The notes beneath the pieces are model-generated. The model had not been told where the DNA came from, did no database searches, and was given only the letters and a program-made list of their open reading frames with translations. Made by a program: the position numbers and the translations under genes. Shown here one piece after another: positions 32,040 to 44,900 of a DNA stretch of 64,000 bases. Position 1 is the first letter of the stretch. Each line of letters begins with the position of its first letter. The DNA comes from Trichoplax adhaerens (lineage: Eukaryota; Animalia; Placozoa), in assembly GCF_000150275.1 (NCBI RefSeq), contig NW_002060945.1, positions 1,182,199 to 1,246,198 on the forward strand, in the 5' to 3' direction.

Positions 32040-33600
32040 ACTTCTCCCTTTTACATTCACCTAGTACCAGTTAGAATACCCTCGTAATAATGGTCCTCTT
32101 GTCATTGATTAATAATATATCAAGGTATTGAAAAAAGAGTTCTTACTTTTGTAACATCATGATGTGGTGTTTCATCTTTGGTATTAGTTTAGGAAATGAA
32201 ATACTATCGAGAATATTTTTATACTGAAAGAGGGAAACCTCTTAATCAAAATAGCAATTACAACGGGTTGACAGTTTTGTGTAGTTGTCGATCGAGATAT
32301 TAACGGAAGTCAGAAAAAAGCGAATCAACTATTTAGTTAACAAAGATTGGTTTTAATGCAATCGTATTATCGATGCTCTATTCCATTTTAGTAAAATGAA
32401 CCCTGTTGATTGTAATGGAAGTTAGAAGGGATGCAATAGTTATTTTGCATTTGCTAATTATGATTGGTATTAAATAATATCAATTATAAAAGTACGAGTA
32501 ATCATACTATCAGATATATTTCTAGTTAAACAAATGAAAACCCATGATTGCAAAGACATATATATAAATCAAATAGACCAGTTATTTGTATGTAATGGCC
32601 TAGATTAGTATTGATAACTTTCATATTTTAATTCTTACTCTTTCGGATTAATTTCAGCATCTCTTTCACGATTTTATCGTTAGGGAAGATTTTACACTAA
32701 TTTAGGATTACATTTAAATTAATAAACGACTAATTGTAGTCAATCAATGTAATTATTCTACGAGTGTTAAAAGACTTAAGAAAGTCGAAAGAAATTTCTA
32801 AAGTCCAAAGCAGCTTTTCGGATGACCTTGCTATTACGAATGAAATCACTAGTAATTTATGGAGAAGAAACTGAGCAATGTTCATGGCTTTCTGTCCAAG
32901 CATAAATGTCATTGATAGAGTACAGAACTTAAATGTAAGTAATAGATTGGAAATTTTTGTCTGGTTAATACTGTATCACTGATCGATTCCTGTAAAGTAG
33001 TGGAGACTAGATTGTAAATCAATTGCAGGAATGAAGAGGAGATATTAAGTCAGGCAGAAACATCAAATTCTTATAGATCCAAAATTTGACTACCTCTTTT
33101 ACTCATGTTTTTCAAGCAATTTAAAGAGGGAATTCTGTTGGAAGCCCCTGAGGTTTTCCTAGAATGATTGAGATGATCTCAAATACCTGATATAGAATTT
33201 TTTCTAGCTCCAGATGTACTTGATGGCAGTAATCAACATACTCATAGCAATTATCGAGATTACATAAAGTATAGTAACACAAGGAAAGAAAGCACTACCA
33301 AACATTGTAGATGTTTAAATTGTGACATATTTAATTTAGAACGCTCATTATATACTTGTATAACCAGGGACTACTACGCATAAAAAGAAAGAGACGTAAA
33401 GCGATCGTCGACTATACTAATAATGTGCAGGCTGATTATTTTACTGGTTATTTCAACTGTATCGCATATCTGCAAAGACACACTATCCTGTCCTTGATTG
33501 ACATCTAAATTAGATGCTAATATGTTGCTAAGTTGGTTTTGTGCTGTATGATGTGCGGTTTCATTGGTACAGTATAGTAGAATGATCGAAAAAATGATAG
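32040..33600 (-). pseudogene. Truncated remnant of an importin-alpha-like paralog (5' part)
   Basis: 32638-32910 aligns at DNA level to 45533-45800 (exon DEITEELLKLIRKS plus neighbouring intron, e.g. shared ctaaagtccaaagcagcttttcggatgacc). Splice signals and frames are decayed, and there is no room for the 3' exons before the importin-beta end. Outer limits are approximate. Confidence 0.65.
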
Positions 33601-33674
33601 GCCTCCACATTATTTTGCACTAACGGCCGCTTTACGTCCCTCTTGTTTTACTTTTAGTATCGTAGTGCCTGACA

Positions 33675-34130
33675 TAACAACGGCTCAAAAGTTATAGTTG
33701 TTTATAGTCTATACCGAATATTCTTGTATCATGTAGTAATACTATAGAACTAGAAAAATTGTTGCAATTTTGGAGAAATTAATAGAGATAAAAATATTAT
33801 AAATTATGATACTTTTAATTTAAAACGCTCGCTATACGTAAATATTAACGGTTCAAAAGTTACAGCTATTTATAATCTATACCAATTAGTCTTGTATGGT
33901 GTAGTAATACAGTAGAACAAGAATTATTGTTGCAATTTTGGAGGATTTAATTTAATTAACAGGTAGGAATATTTTAAATTATGACTTATTTAATTTGGAA
34001 AGCTCGCTATAAGATTCAAAAATTACAATTGTTTATAGTCTATACCGATTAGTCTTCTATCATGTAGTGGCACAGAAATATTAGAGCAATTGTCGCAATT
34101 TTAGATGATTTGATAGAAAATACTTGTTCA
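33675..34130. repeat. Tandem repeat, ~168-bp unit x3
   Basis: tcaaaa.tta.a...tttata.tctatacc ... gcaattttgga motifs at ~33678, 33847 and 34013. Confidence 0.85.
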
Positions 34131-34999
34131 ATTATTGCGCTATGCTCTTGAATACTATATTGATATATAGCACTAATGTGTACGCGTATACTCATATTAA
34201 GATATTATGATGCCGCAAAATCCGAACTTTCCACAATTGCAATCATAATGATTATATACTCAAGTGAAAAGGTTTAGCTTATCAAAACCTACAATAATAA
34301 TTACTTTACTGTAGTACTCGTATAGTATTTACTTTAAAATGACATTGCTTTTACCGTAAATTAGCTATGTAATTTTCATTGAACGTATGGTCCTCTAAAT
34401 ATTTCTTAGTACAAAAAAATGTAAATGAAATACCATACGTAGTTGTAGTCAGATAGAACTATTTTGTAAGTTCTCATAGTATACAATAGAGATACAGCTA
34501 ACAGCCTAATTTTGTATAAGATTTTATTGTTAATGAATGAAGCATGTTTAATAACTCTGAATAAGCATAACTGCTCATGTCCAATTTAACAAGGCTAAAA
34601 AAAAATTTATTCACAGCTACTCCCAGTTACCCTGCTACAACTAAAAAATATAGTCTAAATACTTTAAGCTAGCATAGTTTCTACAACTACAGTAAAGTAG
34701 GAGGAAAGAAGATATTTTACGGATCTCCTAATATTGTAAATATATGTAGTACCTAAGTAGTCAAATGATAGGCTGGGTATAAAATGTTGCACTCTTACTA
34801 TGATATCACATGATATATAGAGATTTCACAAATGCCAGTTTGTTAATTTATGGAGTTAAAACGGTTAGAAGATTGTTTTAAAACTTCTAAACACCGACTA
34901 AACCAGATCTGGAATGCCGCTAATAATAAAAAGTTGTCAGAAAGGGCGTAGACTACTCGTACGTATATTGGAGTAGGAAATTCCCAGCAAAAGATGATG

Positions 35000-37900
35000 T
35001 TAAATACTTATTGCATTAGGGATATTTTTCGGGTTCAAATGCAGGTATGGTTCCTTTCTGGTTTTATTCCTCTCATCGTTTTCTTTGGAGATTTTCTGAA
35101 GTCCCTCATGAAATCTATTGAAATAAAAATAATAATTCAATATTACTGAAACTAAAATTGTAACATTAATTGGAAAATAAATTTGAAAATGGTATTATTA
35201 ATGACTTAGAATTTTGTCTAATGGATGAATTGATTTGTTTTATTATATTGAAGACAAAAGTTTTGATAAATACGACGTAGGATTGGAGAACTTACTCGTT
35301 CAGTGCTTCTACTCCTATTGGATCATATAGGTAGTTGATCTCATAAGTGCCCAATGAATCTGTTGCTTTCTCACTAAGAATTCTAGTCATATCCATTATC
35401 TCTCAAGTCATTTCAGAACTAGGTAGGTACTTGACGAAATCACTATCACTGATAGGACTCTAAAGGAAGTAGAAAAGTTATACCAATTATCAATATATCA
35501 TTCTAGCTATTTTGTAGTGTTTTACAGATTTATGTTGTATGTAAATTGATTATATATCACTGAAGCACAAAATTTGATAAACATTGCTAAATTTTGTTGC
35601 TTAGTATTCTGGGCTATTATTATTATCTATTTAATTAAATTAGGAGAGATCAATGAAATCTTTTAATAACAATTATAATTAAGTAAGTAGATATTTAAGT
35701 GTTAATATAATGCATGCATTAGTTGATCTCGAATTAAACTGTGTATATTTTAGATACAAATTTTTAAATATTGTACTGTATGCACAAGTATTCACCTTCA
35801 TGTTTCCAGTTATGTCTATCCTTAAAAGAGAATACTATGGACTGTAATTTGTTAAGAGCTATGAATTAATAAGCTCTTTATTTTCTTGAGAACCCCCAAC
35901 TGGTACATTCTGTAGCATTGTTAAATCATAAATGAACATTTTCTTCGTCTTAATGGCCTGATCTAAGGTATTGCCTTCCAAGAACGGTTTAATCATGTTG
36001 TTGGTAACTTTAAAACTAATAAATTATAGAAGGACTCGTTATCAATTTGTCAACGATTTTTCAAAATTTCTTTTGGAAAATTGCTAGTAACATTGGTTGA
36101 TATAAGACAATTATCTTACGCAGATAGAATTGCAGTACATAATTCTAATACGACTGGATTAACGCCTTGGAGACGTTGATTGGTGAAATGGATGTTTTGG
36201 TCCCATGCAAACTGGCCCTAATGAGCGAAAGACAGAAATTATAAAGGTTGATATAAATCACGTTGTTTCCACGCGATGACTTTACACAGTTTTTTCTCAA
36301 TGTAAGCGAAAATAGTATTATTTTTCTTACTCTATTGCTTGTAATTACGGTGTATTCACACTCTTTGGAAGTAATTTTATGTTATTCTAATGAATTCTGA
36401 TTACCGTATACTGTAAATTCACCACATTGCACATAATATTTATTGATCATGCTAGGTCAAGTTTCCTTAGCTAATTATTTTACTAAAGTTAACCAGGTCA
36501 GCTTAGTTATTCTCTAAAATAACCATCAATTTGATTATTTAATTAAGTAACTAAGAACCTTTATAAAATAATCATGGGAAAAATTGTTTCCCTATTTGAC
36601 TTCTTGCTAACTTCAACTGTCATGGTTATTTTTTCCAAGGTGACCCGGTTTACTTCTATAAATAAGTACCGATTGTGCTATTTTATTAAATGACTGGTTA
36701 GCTTTACAAAATTAACAATGATGATTTGATGGCTTTATAAAGTAGTTTATTACTTTGTAAACATTATTGGCTCAGTAAACTTGACCTAGCAGTAACATCA
36801 AATTTTGCTACCCAAAATTTTGCTATCATCAAGAGATGGCTAAAAAAACTGCATAAAGCTGATAGCAAAACAGTTCCTATCTTACACTAGGCGTATGAAA
36901 GTCAGTCCCATCTCGATAGATACTGCTGATATCCGGCAATGACGACCATGATCCATAAACCCACCCAATGGCTGCGTCAGTTAATACTTTGCCAACCTTT
37001 TCACAGAAAATTTCGTTCTATATCCGAATAATATATCGAATGGCAAAGAGTACACTTCAATATAAGCGTCTAAACAAACGTATGATGTAATTTTAGTCTC
37101 CTAAATTTAATCTACTATCAAGTAAACTACTGTATCAACGGTCGAGCTACGGTTTCGTTAATATGACAAGAATTACGTTTATCCAAAAATTAAAAAAAAT
37201 AATTCTATATACTGTATACTAGAGATCCTTTATCTCTAGGATTGTGATCTTATACGCACAGAGTAGACTTCATTGAACATTTCTTCACGTGGCAATTGTT
37301 TCACCTGTAATCATAAATAAATAAGGATAATAAACAAGCGGACTAGAAGATGACGATATTTCAATATTAGCACAGTAATGTGTTCTATTCATTTTAAAAT
37401 TGAGCTTATGCAGTACTGTAGTTTAGATTGTGGAGCCAATTTTAAAGTGTCTTTCATAATACGAACTAGCGGTACCTTTATTGATGTCAGCTTACAAAAT
37501 TAAGAAAAAAAAATGAACAGAGTACAGTACATAACTGGGTAAATTGTCAATCATTACTACTCTTAGCGATACAGATATCATGCACATTATTAACTCGGAT
37601 TTGTTCTACTCTGGCGTAGGCCTGCAACAACGGAATAACGCTATTCTATTTGAAGGTATACTTACGACTCATTTTGAAATATTACCTGGATAGGAAAACC
37701 TGGAAATTTCAGATCAAGTACATAACGCTCTCGCCTCATCAAAAGCTCTTTAAGCAGGCATCACGCTGTTTATCCTTTTGGGGTAGGACACAATCCCACT
37801 TTTGGAACTGTCTTGGAATGTTCGGCTTTATCCAACGATGAATTGGGAATTCGGTTTTGACCAACTTGCTACCAGCAATATACTCGATCGATACATATTC

Positions 37901-38187
37901 GCAAAACCAGTCAGATTGGAATCCTCAGGAATTACGACTGAGCTCAATCGTTTCAATATCGCCTAATTTTTTTCCAGTTTAACAGTGACAGGGAATTTAT
38001 TGATTTGACCTTTTTCGAATGAGCTTCAAAGTAGCTGAAAATTTTCAAGAGTAGTCTTATGCGATTTATTGTTTTCAGCATCGATGAGAAATATATAAAC
38101 TGTGGCGCAAGTTTCAGCACCTTTATAATTGTCAGTTTTGACGTAAATAATATAATCGACTTCGTAATCGTCCTTGGTGCAGTCTAT
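35000..38187 (-). pseudogene. Lipoxygenase pseudogene (PLAT + LOX), paralog of 49851-54527
   Basis: PLAT exon (YIIYVKTDNYKGA...FEKGQINKFP...DWFCE...FPIHRW...KWDCVLPQ) has probable ATG->ATA, in-frame TGA stops and frameshifts. QRLQGVNPV exon and final exon HLNPKNIPNAISI* are present. Exons carrying the HxxxxH and HAAVN iron ligands are absent between ~35460 and ~35900. Confidence 0.92.
36450..36791. mobile_element. MITE-like element with long imperfect terminal inverted repeats inside a LOX-pseudogene intron
   Basis: tgctaggtcaagtttccttagc (36450) versus the reverse complement of gctcagtaaacttgacctagca (ends 36791), 20/22 match, with weaker inward symmetry. No coding capacity. Confidence 0.6.
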
Positions 38188-39756
38188 GTTGTGATTTTAT
38201 TTCAACCAAAAAAATGCTCGGTCGGCAATCAAAAAGAATTGTAATCAACAAAATTGAAAGTCTATTGCTTGACGTTTCGGTGCAGATTGATAGGATTGAA
38301 TTGCTGGTCAGGGCAATGCTCGAATCGACTAGGTTTACTATAGTCGGCTGGAGGCGATGATTCTTTGCGAATAAAAATGAGCAAAGTAACCTCTAGCTTA
38401 ATCAGGAAAAAATAGCTTTATCCTTACAAATGTCTAATTAACCACGTGCAGTTGATCATTGACCGTTTATGTTTGGTTTGATGACGTGGAATTGAAATAA
38501 CCTCGAAAATTATATTTATGTAACCCTCTTCACAGTGTGACATCTAACCCTAACCGAATTGTTTATTTGTTAAGATCTTCCGACCTATTATTATTTTTAT
38601 CACCTTTGTCGTTGGGGTAAGCGTTCTATTTACATATCAGGTCAAAAGATTGTGATTATTCTCGGAAAGTCGAGATCATTAAGCGGATATATTGTACCGT
38701 ATAATCAACTGGAATATATTAGAGTAAAAAGATTGCTGAGCTATTATCTTCGATAGTGTATAGTACATGTATATTGTATAAATTCAATTTTCGAACGTGG
38801 ACGAAAAAGGTATTCTAAACAAAAGACCTGTCCAGTTACTGACATGAATGAGCGGACGGCGTCATATTAAACAGACAAATAAAAAAATAAAGAAAACGGG
38901 CTGTGGTGTTGTTCTGATTAAAGTAAAGTTTAATTCTGGGGGCTAGTGCATTTCGTGTCATGACTGTCAGTTTGTCACGGGTGTCGTTGGAGACAACTAC
39001 AAGGTAAAAATCGAAAACGGAGAGAACGCACAGACTCCAATCTTCACTTTTGTTAATTTTCAATATTACGGATTTATATATATATGTCCAGAATATTCTT
39101 TTATAAATAATCTCATGTAGCGTATTAAATTTGATAAGCAATTTGCTGTATACAGTACTGTAAAGTATATTTTAATGATAGCAAATGGACGATAAAAATC
39201 GTTGGTTAAAAAAACCAAAGCCAGCTTATTGTGATAAATTCCGAACAGCCAACAGTATTTTTTGCTGCTCGTCACTTGGACGCTGAATGCTAGGAGATCA
39301 ATGTTGCACTTAACTTAATGAGAAGCAAATATTAATCCGTATATGATAAAACAGTCTGCTCTTAAACGGATATAGATTTTAAAAGGACTGGTGATAGAGG
39401 TGTTGTTGCCTAAAAAAAAAGGTTCAATCGTCCATTTTTATCCTCTAAATACAGATCTTTACAAACAGCTCGTTAATTTCCCTTGAATCATGCTGCGTTA
39501 ATTTACTTCGGCAATTTCATTTCTCGAATCCCTGAAGCGAGCAGTGTAATATCATGGGTTTGTTAATAAAAATTAGATCACGAACGGATACCTACGCAAG
39601 CACTTGTTAATTAATAAAATGGATATTAAGATTTTATTCACCGAGTAAACGAGGAACGCCCATCATCGGAATTATATATCATACATACGCATAGATTGAG
39701 TTATCGAAGTATTGTACACTACAAAACCATAATCTAATTATTGATGGCTCTAGGAG

Positions 39757-39858
39757 GCACGGACTACTCGAGAAATTCCTTCCCCCAATCGCTCTATTAA
39801 TTACAATAAAGGGGATAGAGATAGGCAGGCAGGGAAAAATTTCTCGAGTAGTCCATGC
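39757..39858. mobile_element. 102-bp MITE: 21-bp TIRs and 5-bp target-site duplication
   Basis: gcacggactactcgagaaatt (39757-39777) and aatttctcgagtagtccatgc (39838-39858), 1 mismatch. Flanked by AGGAG on both sides (39752-39756, 39859-39863). Confidence 0.75.
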
Positions 39859-41982
39859 AGGAGATCGGATATATCACAGAAATTATCTGTTTACAATATG
39901 GAGCCTTCACAACATCAGTTGTTTGTACGGTATGGGTCCGTTCGCCGTCCCATTTCTGTCTACTTCAAGGGACGAGAATTTTTGGTTTAAAAGTCCCTGA
40001 CAAGCAAAAGAAAACACATGATTGCTGAGATTATACAATATGATACTGGCAGCTTGTTCGATGAAAATCTTGTTTTTAAAGTGTCATATGGAAGTCCAAT
40101 TCGATTGGTGTTCTTCTAGTCTTCTACTGTTCGACAGTATAGAAATAGGGACTACGAACCATAGAGGTAAAAAGAAAATTCTTTTCCTTTTATCTCTATG
40201 CTACCAACAGACGAGAGAGACTTTGCATAGAACGAAAATTTACTACACAACGCCTTAGAGACTAAACTCTAAAGTAATTAACCCTCACTGCTATTCAAAT
40301 CAAGATTGTAAAAGCTTTGACTTTATAATACTAATGATTGATTGCCATCTACTGTAGTCCAATTCTATGGTTACTTATTGTTAATATGATTGATGTATTT
40401 ATTTATTTCGTACTAAATGTTTAAACCAGGGTATGCTTGGCGATTAGATCTCTACGTTCTGAAAAAAGATAAAAAATTGACTGTAGTGAGACTGCCCATT
40501 GTCGCTACTGTCCTCCTCTTTGAGTTTGTATGCATGGGTGTGTTAAATGTACAATTCAATTTAGGCTTCCAAGCCAATAACATAACTAATTCTCCAATAT
40601 TTAACTTATTAAGTATATTATTACTGTACATATATATTTGCTGTACTTACAGTCTAAACTGCTGCTACTTTACTCACATTAGATTGATGATGATTACCAG
40701 TGTAAGATAATCATTTCATTTTTACAATCTATAGCCGGTAAATGACATTTCACACTTTAAATATAACCTACTACACACCACTGATTCTACCGTATTCAGA
40801 TCTTAATGTCTTAATGCTAACGTATTAGAGCACATCGTTTGCCGCTGCAATTAATGCGATCTCTATTAGGCTTAATACTTGCAAACAAACCAGGCACCAA
40901 TTTTACAACCAAAATCAAGTGTAGTTTCCACGTCTTCAATTAATTAAATACCTTTACTAGAGTTAAATCATATTTCAGAATTCTAAATTTCTAATAGCCG
41001 AAGGTACTACAATTTCAGTCATCAATAATGCGATAATCACAATTTTACTACCTCTGTGATCATGATTGCCGTGTTTTTTTAACAATTTTAAAATCATTGT
41101 GTGAAAATTCTAAACTGATAGTTAACTTGTTAAAATTACTTATGACACTGACACCTGTTATAATGCTATAGTTCACTGCAACATGATCCCCTACGAAATC
41201 TGTTAGCATCTCATCTAAACTGCTACTTCAATCGCCTGTTGTTTCCAGCCTATTCTCTACGATAAAGGCTACATTACTCAGCAAGTTATTCCTAAGAATT
41301 ATATGCAATCGCGAATGATTAGTACTTATTGGATGAACCTAAAACCAAGAAACACTATTGATCTTCACATAATTTCTATATTTGTAAACTGCAACACAGC
41401 TGCGACTATACTTTATGCAAACGTTTGTCTAAATTACTTTAAATTGTAATCGAAGTTACATTTTGTGTTACTATAGTACTTGGCGTATGATGGACAGGAC
41501 CACTAATTTAACCACTTAATGTTGTCTACAGTTTTAAAATGTAAAGTTAAAGTGACTTACACAAAATGATAGATCCATTATTATTGGGTGTCCTCGCTTC
41601 GACACATATCATTTATTAATAACAAAATCTTTTTACTGTCGATATTGCATTAAAACTACTTTAAACCGTTTTCTGCGCTGCAAATAATTCATATTCGAAT
41701 TAAGATAACTGATGTCAGCACGGCTAAGTATAGGGGTAAAGCAGCAAAAATAACTTTGACAAACTGAACTTTAATAAACAATTTCTCTAAAATCACTTCC
41801 ATTTGTATCAAAGATAGGTGATATCAAACATCCAGTTGCCGTTAAGTAACAATGACTTCCATAACTGAGCTTAAACAATTTTCTAAAGTTACATAACACT
41901 TTGACCTGTGCACTGCATCACATCAAGAAATTCTACTAACAGGATACAGTTTTCAAACTTGTTTACCTTTGATAATTTTAAA

Positions 41983-44900
41983 TTAGTAGCGAATTGCTTC
42001 TATATCATCTTCAGTACTATTACAATAACTGTCTCTCAACCGGTAAAGTATGCGTTTACTTAATGGCAATTACAAGATAATTTATTTTTTTTTAATTCTC
42101 CCAGTTTCCAGAAACTTACGAAATTTTGCTACGTCGGGTCCTTTGTCACCATATCCACGATAATATTCCATCGTGGTATCAATCGCATCCAGCACTAGAT
42201 CATCAATGAAATTCAGTTACCATTATAATATAGTTTACATAGCATAATTACGTACGAAAAGTAACTATTATTCCAGAAATAAATGCGTTGAGGTGGCTGT
42301 AGTACGCAAACCTTAGTTTAATTTATAGTTAATAGAAACATACCATCACCTTTGAGCTTTTTCTTTAACTTGGGTAATTGCTACAATAAACGTATAACCA
42401 AGAAAAAGGTGCGAATTATATATGAATTATATTCAAAACATAAACCCTGTATTTTAGCATCCTTGACCATGTGCATTTTATCAGATGTTATACATAAATA
42501 CAAACGATAAAGGAACGTATCCTTTTCCTATACAAGTATGACTGGTATAAACTGGGATACAAAGAAGGTATATAATGCTGAAACAGACATTTGCACTAAC
42601 AGATGACAATTACTTGTCATGAATGCCCTTCGATTTAAAAATGATATCTTTATAACTACAAGATTTTAATATTTAGCAACGAATGACATTTGATCAAAGA
42701 CATCGAGATATGGAGTTTATATATATAACATATTGATGATAACTTCAGACGTCAGTGTTATGCGACTATGAAATCATATGAAATCATTTCAAATATTTTA
42801 GGCAGTTCACTAGAATGTAAACTTGTAATTGCACATTATACTGTAAAGGGTAACTAACCTTGCATTTTTGAACAATCACGTTCAATGCTAGTAATAAGTA
42901 CTTAATAACCTGGGAACATCATAATATTTAATATAAATAGTAAGAAGATAAGAAAACTTTCATATGTCAAAAACAATATATCCTACGTTGCATACTAATC
43001 TAAGAATGCGTATAATTTTCAGTGCTTAGATTGAATTTAAAATTCATTGTGGGTTAATATGGACGGTAAGGAATCGGTACTGACCTCGTAGTCGTGGCAT
43101 CCCGTGATTAATTCGCAAGCTTCCTTAAAGACATTTTCTCGTTTAATCAACTCATTAACCTATCAAGGTACATTAATTTATACACTTTGCTATAAGAGAT
43201 TAGAGATTATCAACATAGTTTACGTTTAATGTCATATTTGGCTAGCAATATATCTAACTTGTTTATTAGTTCCACAAACGACGATTGTATGGAATACTTC
43301 TGTAGGCGGATGAAAATGCTCACAGGTCTTTTTAAAATATCAAAGTTTTATTAAAGACGGAAGGTAATTAATTTACTGTTACCGAAATTGAAAACTATAA
43401 GTGCTCCTTAAAACGTACCACATCTATCCAGGAGAAGATAAACGGCACTACATCATTAACAATGAGCTTCTACAATAGTAAGTAGTTATCATAATCAAAT
43501 TTTTGTAGAGATCAAGATTGAACTTAAGTTAACTACAGTAACATAACGTAGATATTTTCACACACAATGCATAGATTAGCTAACCTGAATCATGTTGTTA
43601 TTATAACGAGCCAAGTTGTTGAGAAAGATAAACAGATGCTGCAAGAAAGTAAATTTGGTATAAAATGATCGCAGCATCATAATAAAAAGGAAAATCATTT
43701 ATTAAAGAATGCTGTGATATTTGTTTAAACATTAACTAGTCAAAATTACATCACAAAAAGTTCGGCCTTCCCAATATTCAATTGCATACAAGTTGCAGAT
43801 AACATGATCGATTAAACCATCAATATTCGCTATAAACTGTAACAATTTCGCAAAAAGAGAAGGTATGACTTTATGTACTAAAATTTTAAAAATTTTAACC
43901 TGCTACTTGACATCTTAATAGTGGTATTATACCTGTTGCTGTTTCCGGTCTTTTACGTGTGTAAATATGGTTGTCAAAGTCAGCAATGCCTGATCCTATC
44001 AGAGGATTGCCGATACAAGTAAAAGATCAGTTATAAGTTATATTTGTTTGATAATATGAATATAGAGGCAGACTTACATGCAGCTGAAGATCCATAGTCT
44101 TTAATATCTCAAATATGCGGTGACAAGGTATGGAAGCTAGAGCTTGCTGTTTAAGGTCATATCAAAAAAATAAATAATTGACATACGAGTAAACAATATG
44201 CAGACTGTGTATCCTAGTCATTTTGCATAGTATATCAATGAGATTTATTCTAGTTATTTGATATTGTGGCAAACAAATACAATCAACAAGCACCATTTTC
44301 ATGCATAATCGCAAGGTTTGGTTTATAACTATCACCACACCCTTATATCTTTTTTCGTATGTTGTAATCTTATTCCGTGTGCATCAAAGGTTAGCAGCTC
44401 TTGACTTTCTTCGCTTAAAAAGCTTATAATTTTTAACACGCTACTCAAGACCTATCGATAGAATCGGTTAAGAAAATTAGCTTGTAAAGTACGTATAGCA
44501 TTGCAATATAATGTAATTAATTGAAACCATTGCGATATTATCTGTAGTATAAAGGTTACCACAATGTCTTCTGACTGTAACAAAACATACACTGCATTCA
44601 TCAGCTTTGAATAGAAAGAAAGCATTGGAGGTTTAAGTTGGCGTATTAACATTGGTAAATCATCTTTCGTAATGGTTTTAAAGAGATCATTTCATTTCTT
44701 TATGCAGCTAACCTCGACAATGTTATTTCTTATGGCATTGCGATAGGCTTCAGTGGTATGCCTATAATAACATTTCGTGCATTTCTTCAAAAGCGCGGCA
44801 GCCTCTCGAAGGTATGGTAGCTATTTCAGATTAAGAGGAAAATAAGCATAAAAATTGGATTCAATAGATCTTTTTAGTATTAGCATAAGTATACGCTTGC

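Noticed and set aside
32730-32912. 60-aa ORF as a real exon
   Set aside because: Its counterpart (45640-45830) lies in an intron of the intact paralog and contains a stop and an indel.
16818-34130. Regularly spaced repeats as CRISPR-like arrays
   Set aside because: Whole units are homologous with no unique spacers, and the context is eukaryotic with no cas genes.
35403-35405. In-frame TGA read as selenocysteine or readthrough
   Set aside because: This LOX copy has many other stops, frameshifts and missing catalytic exons.
44293-44340. Apparent frameshift/stop in the importin-alpha-like gene
   Set aside because: Disappears using the donor AGG|GTGTGG at 44341/44340, which is supported by the near-equal-length exon in the 62-64 kb paralog.
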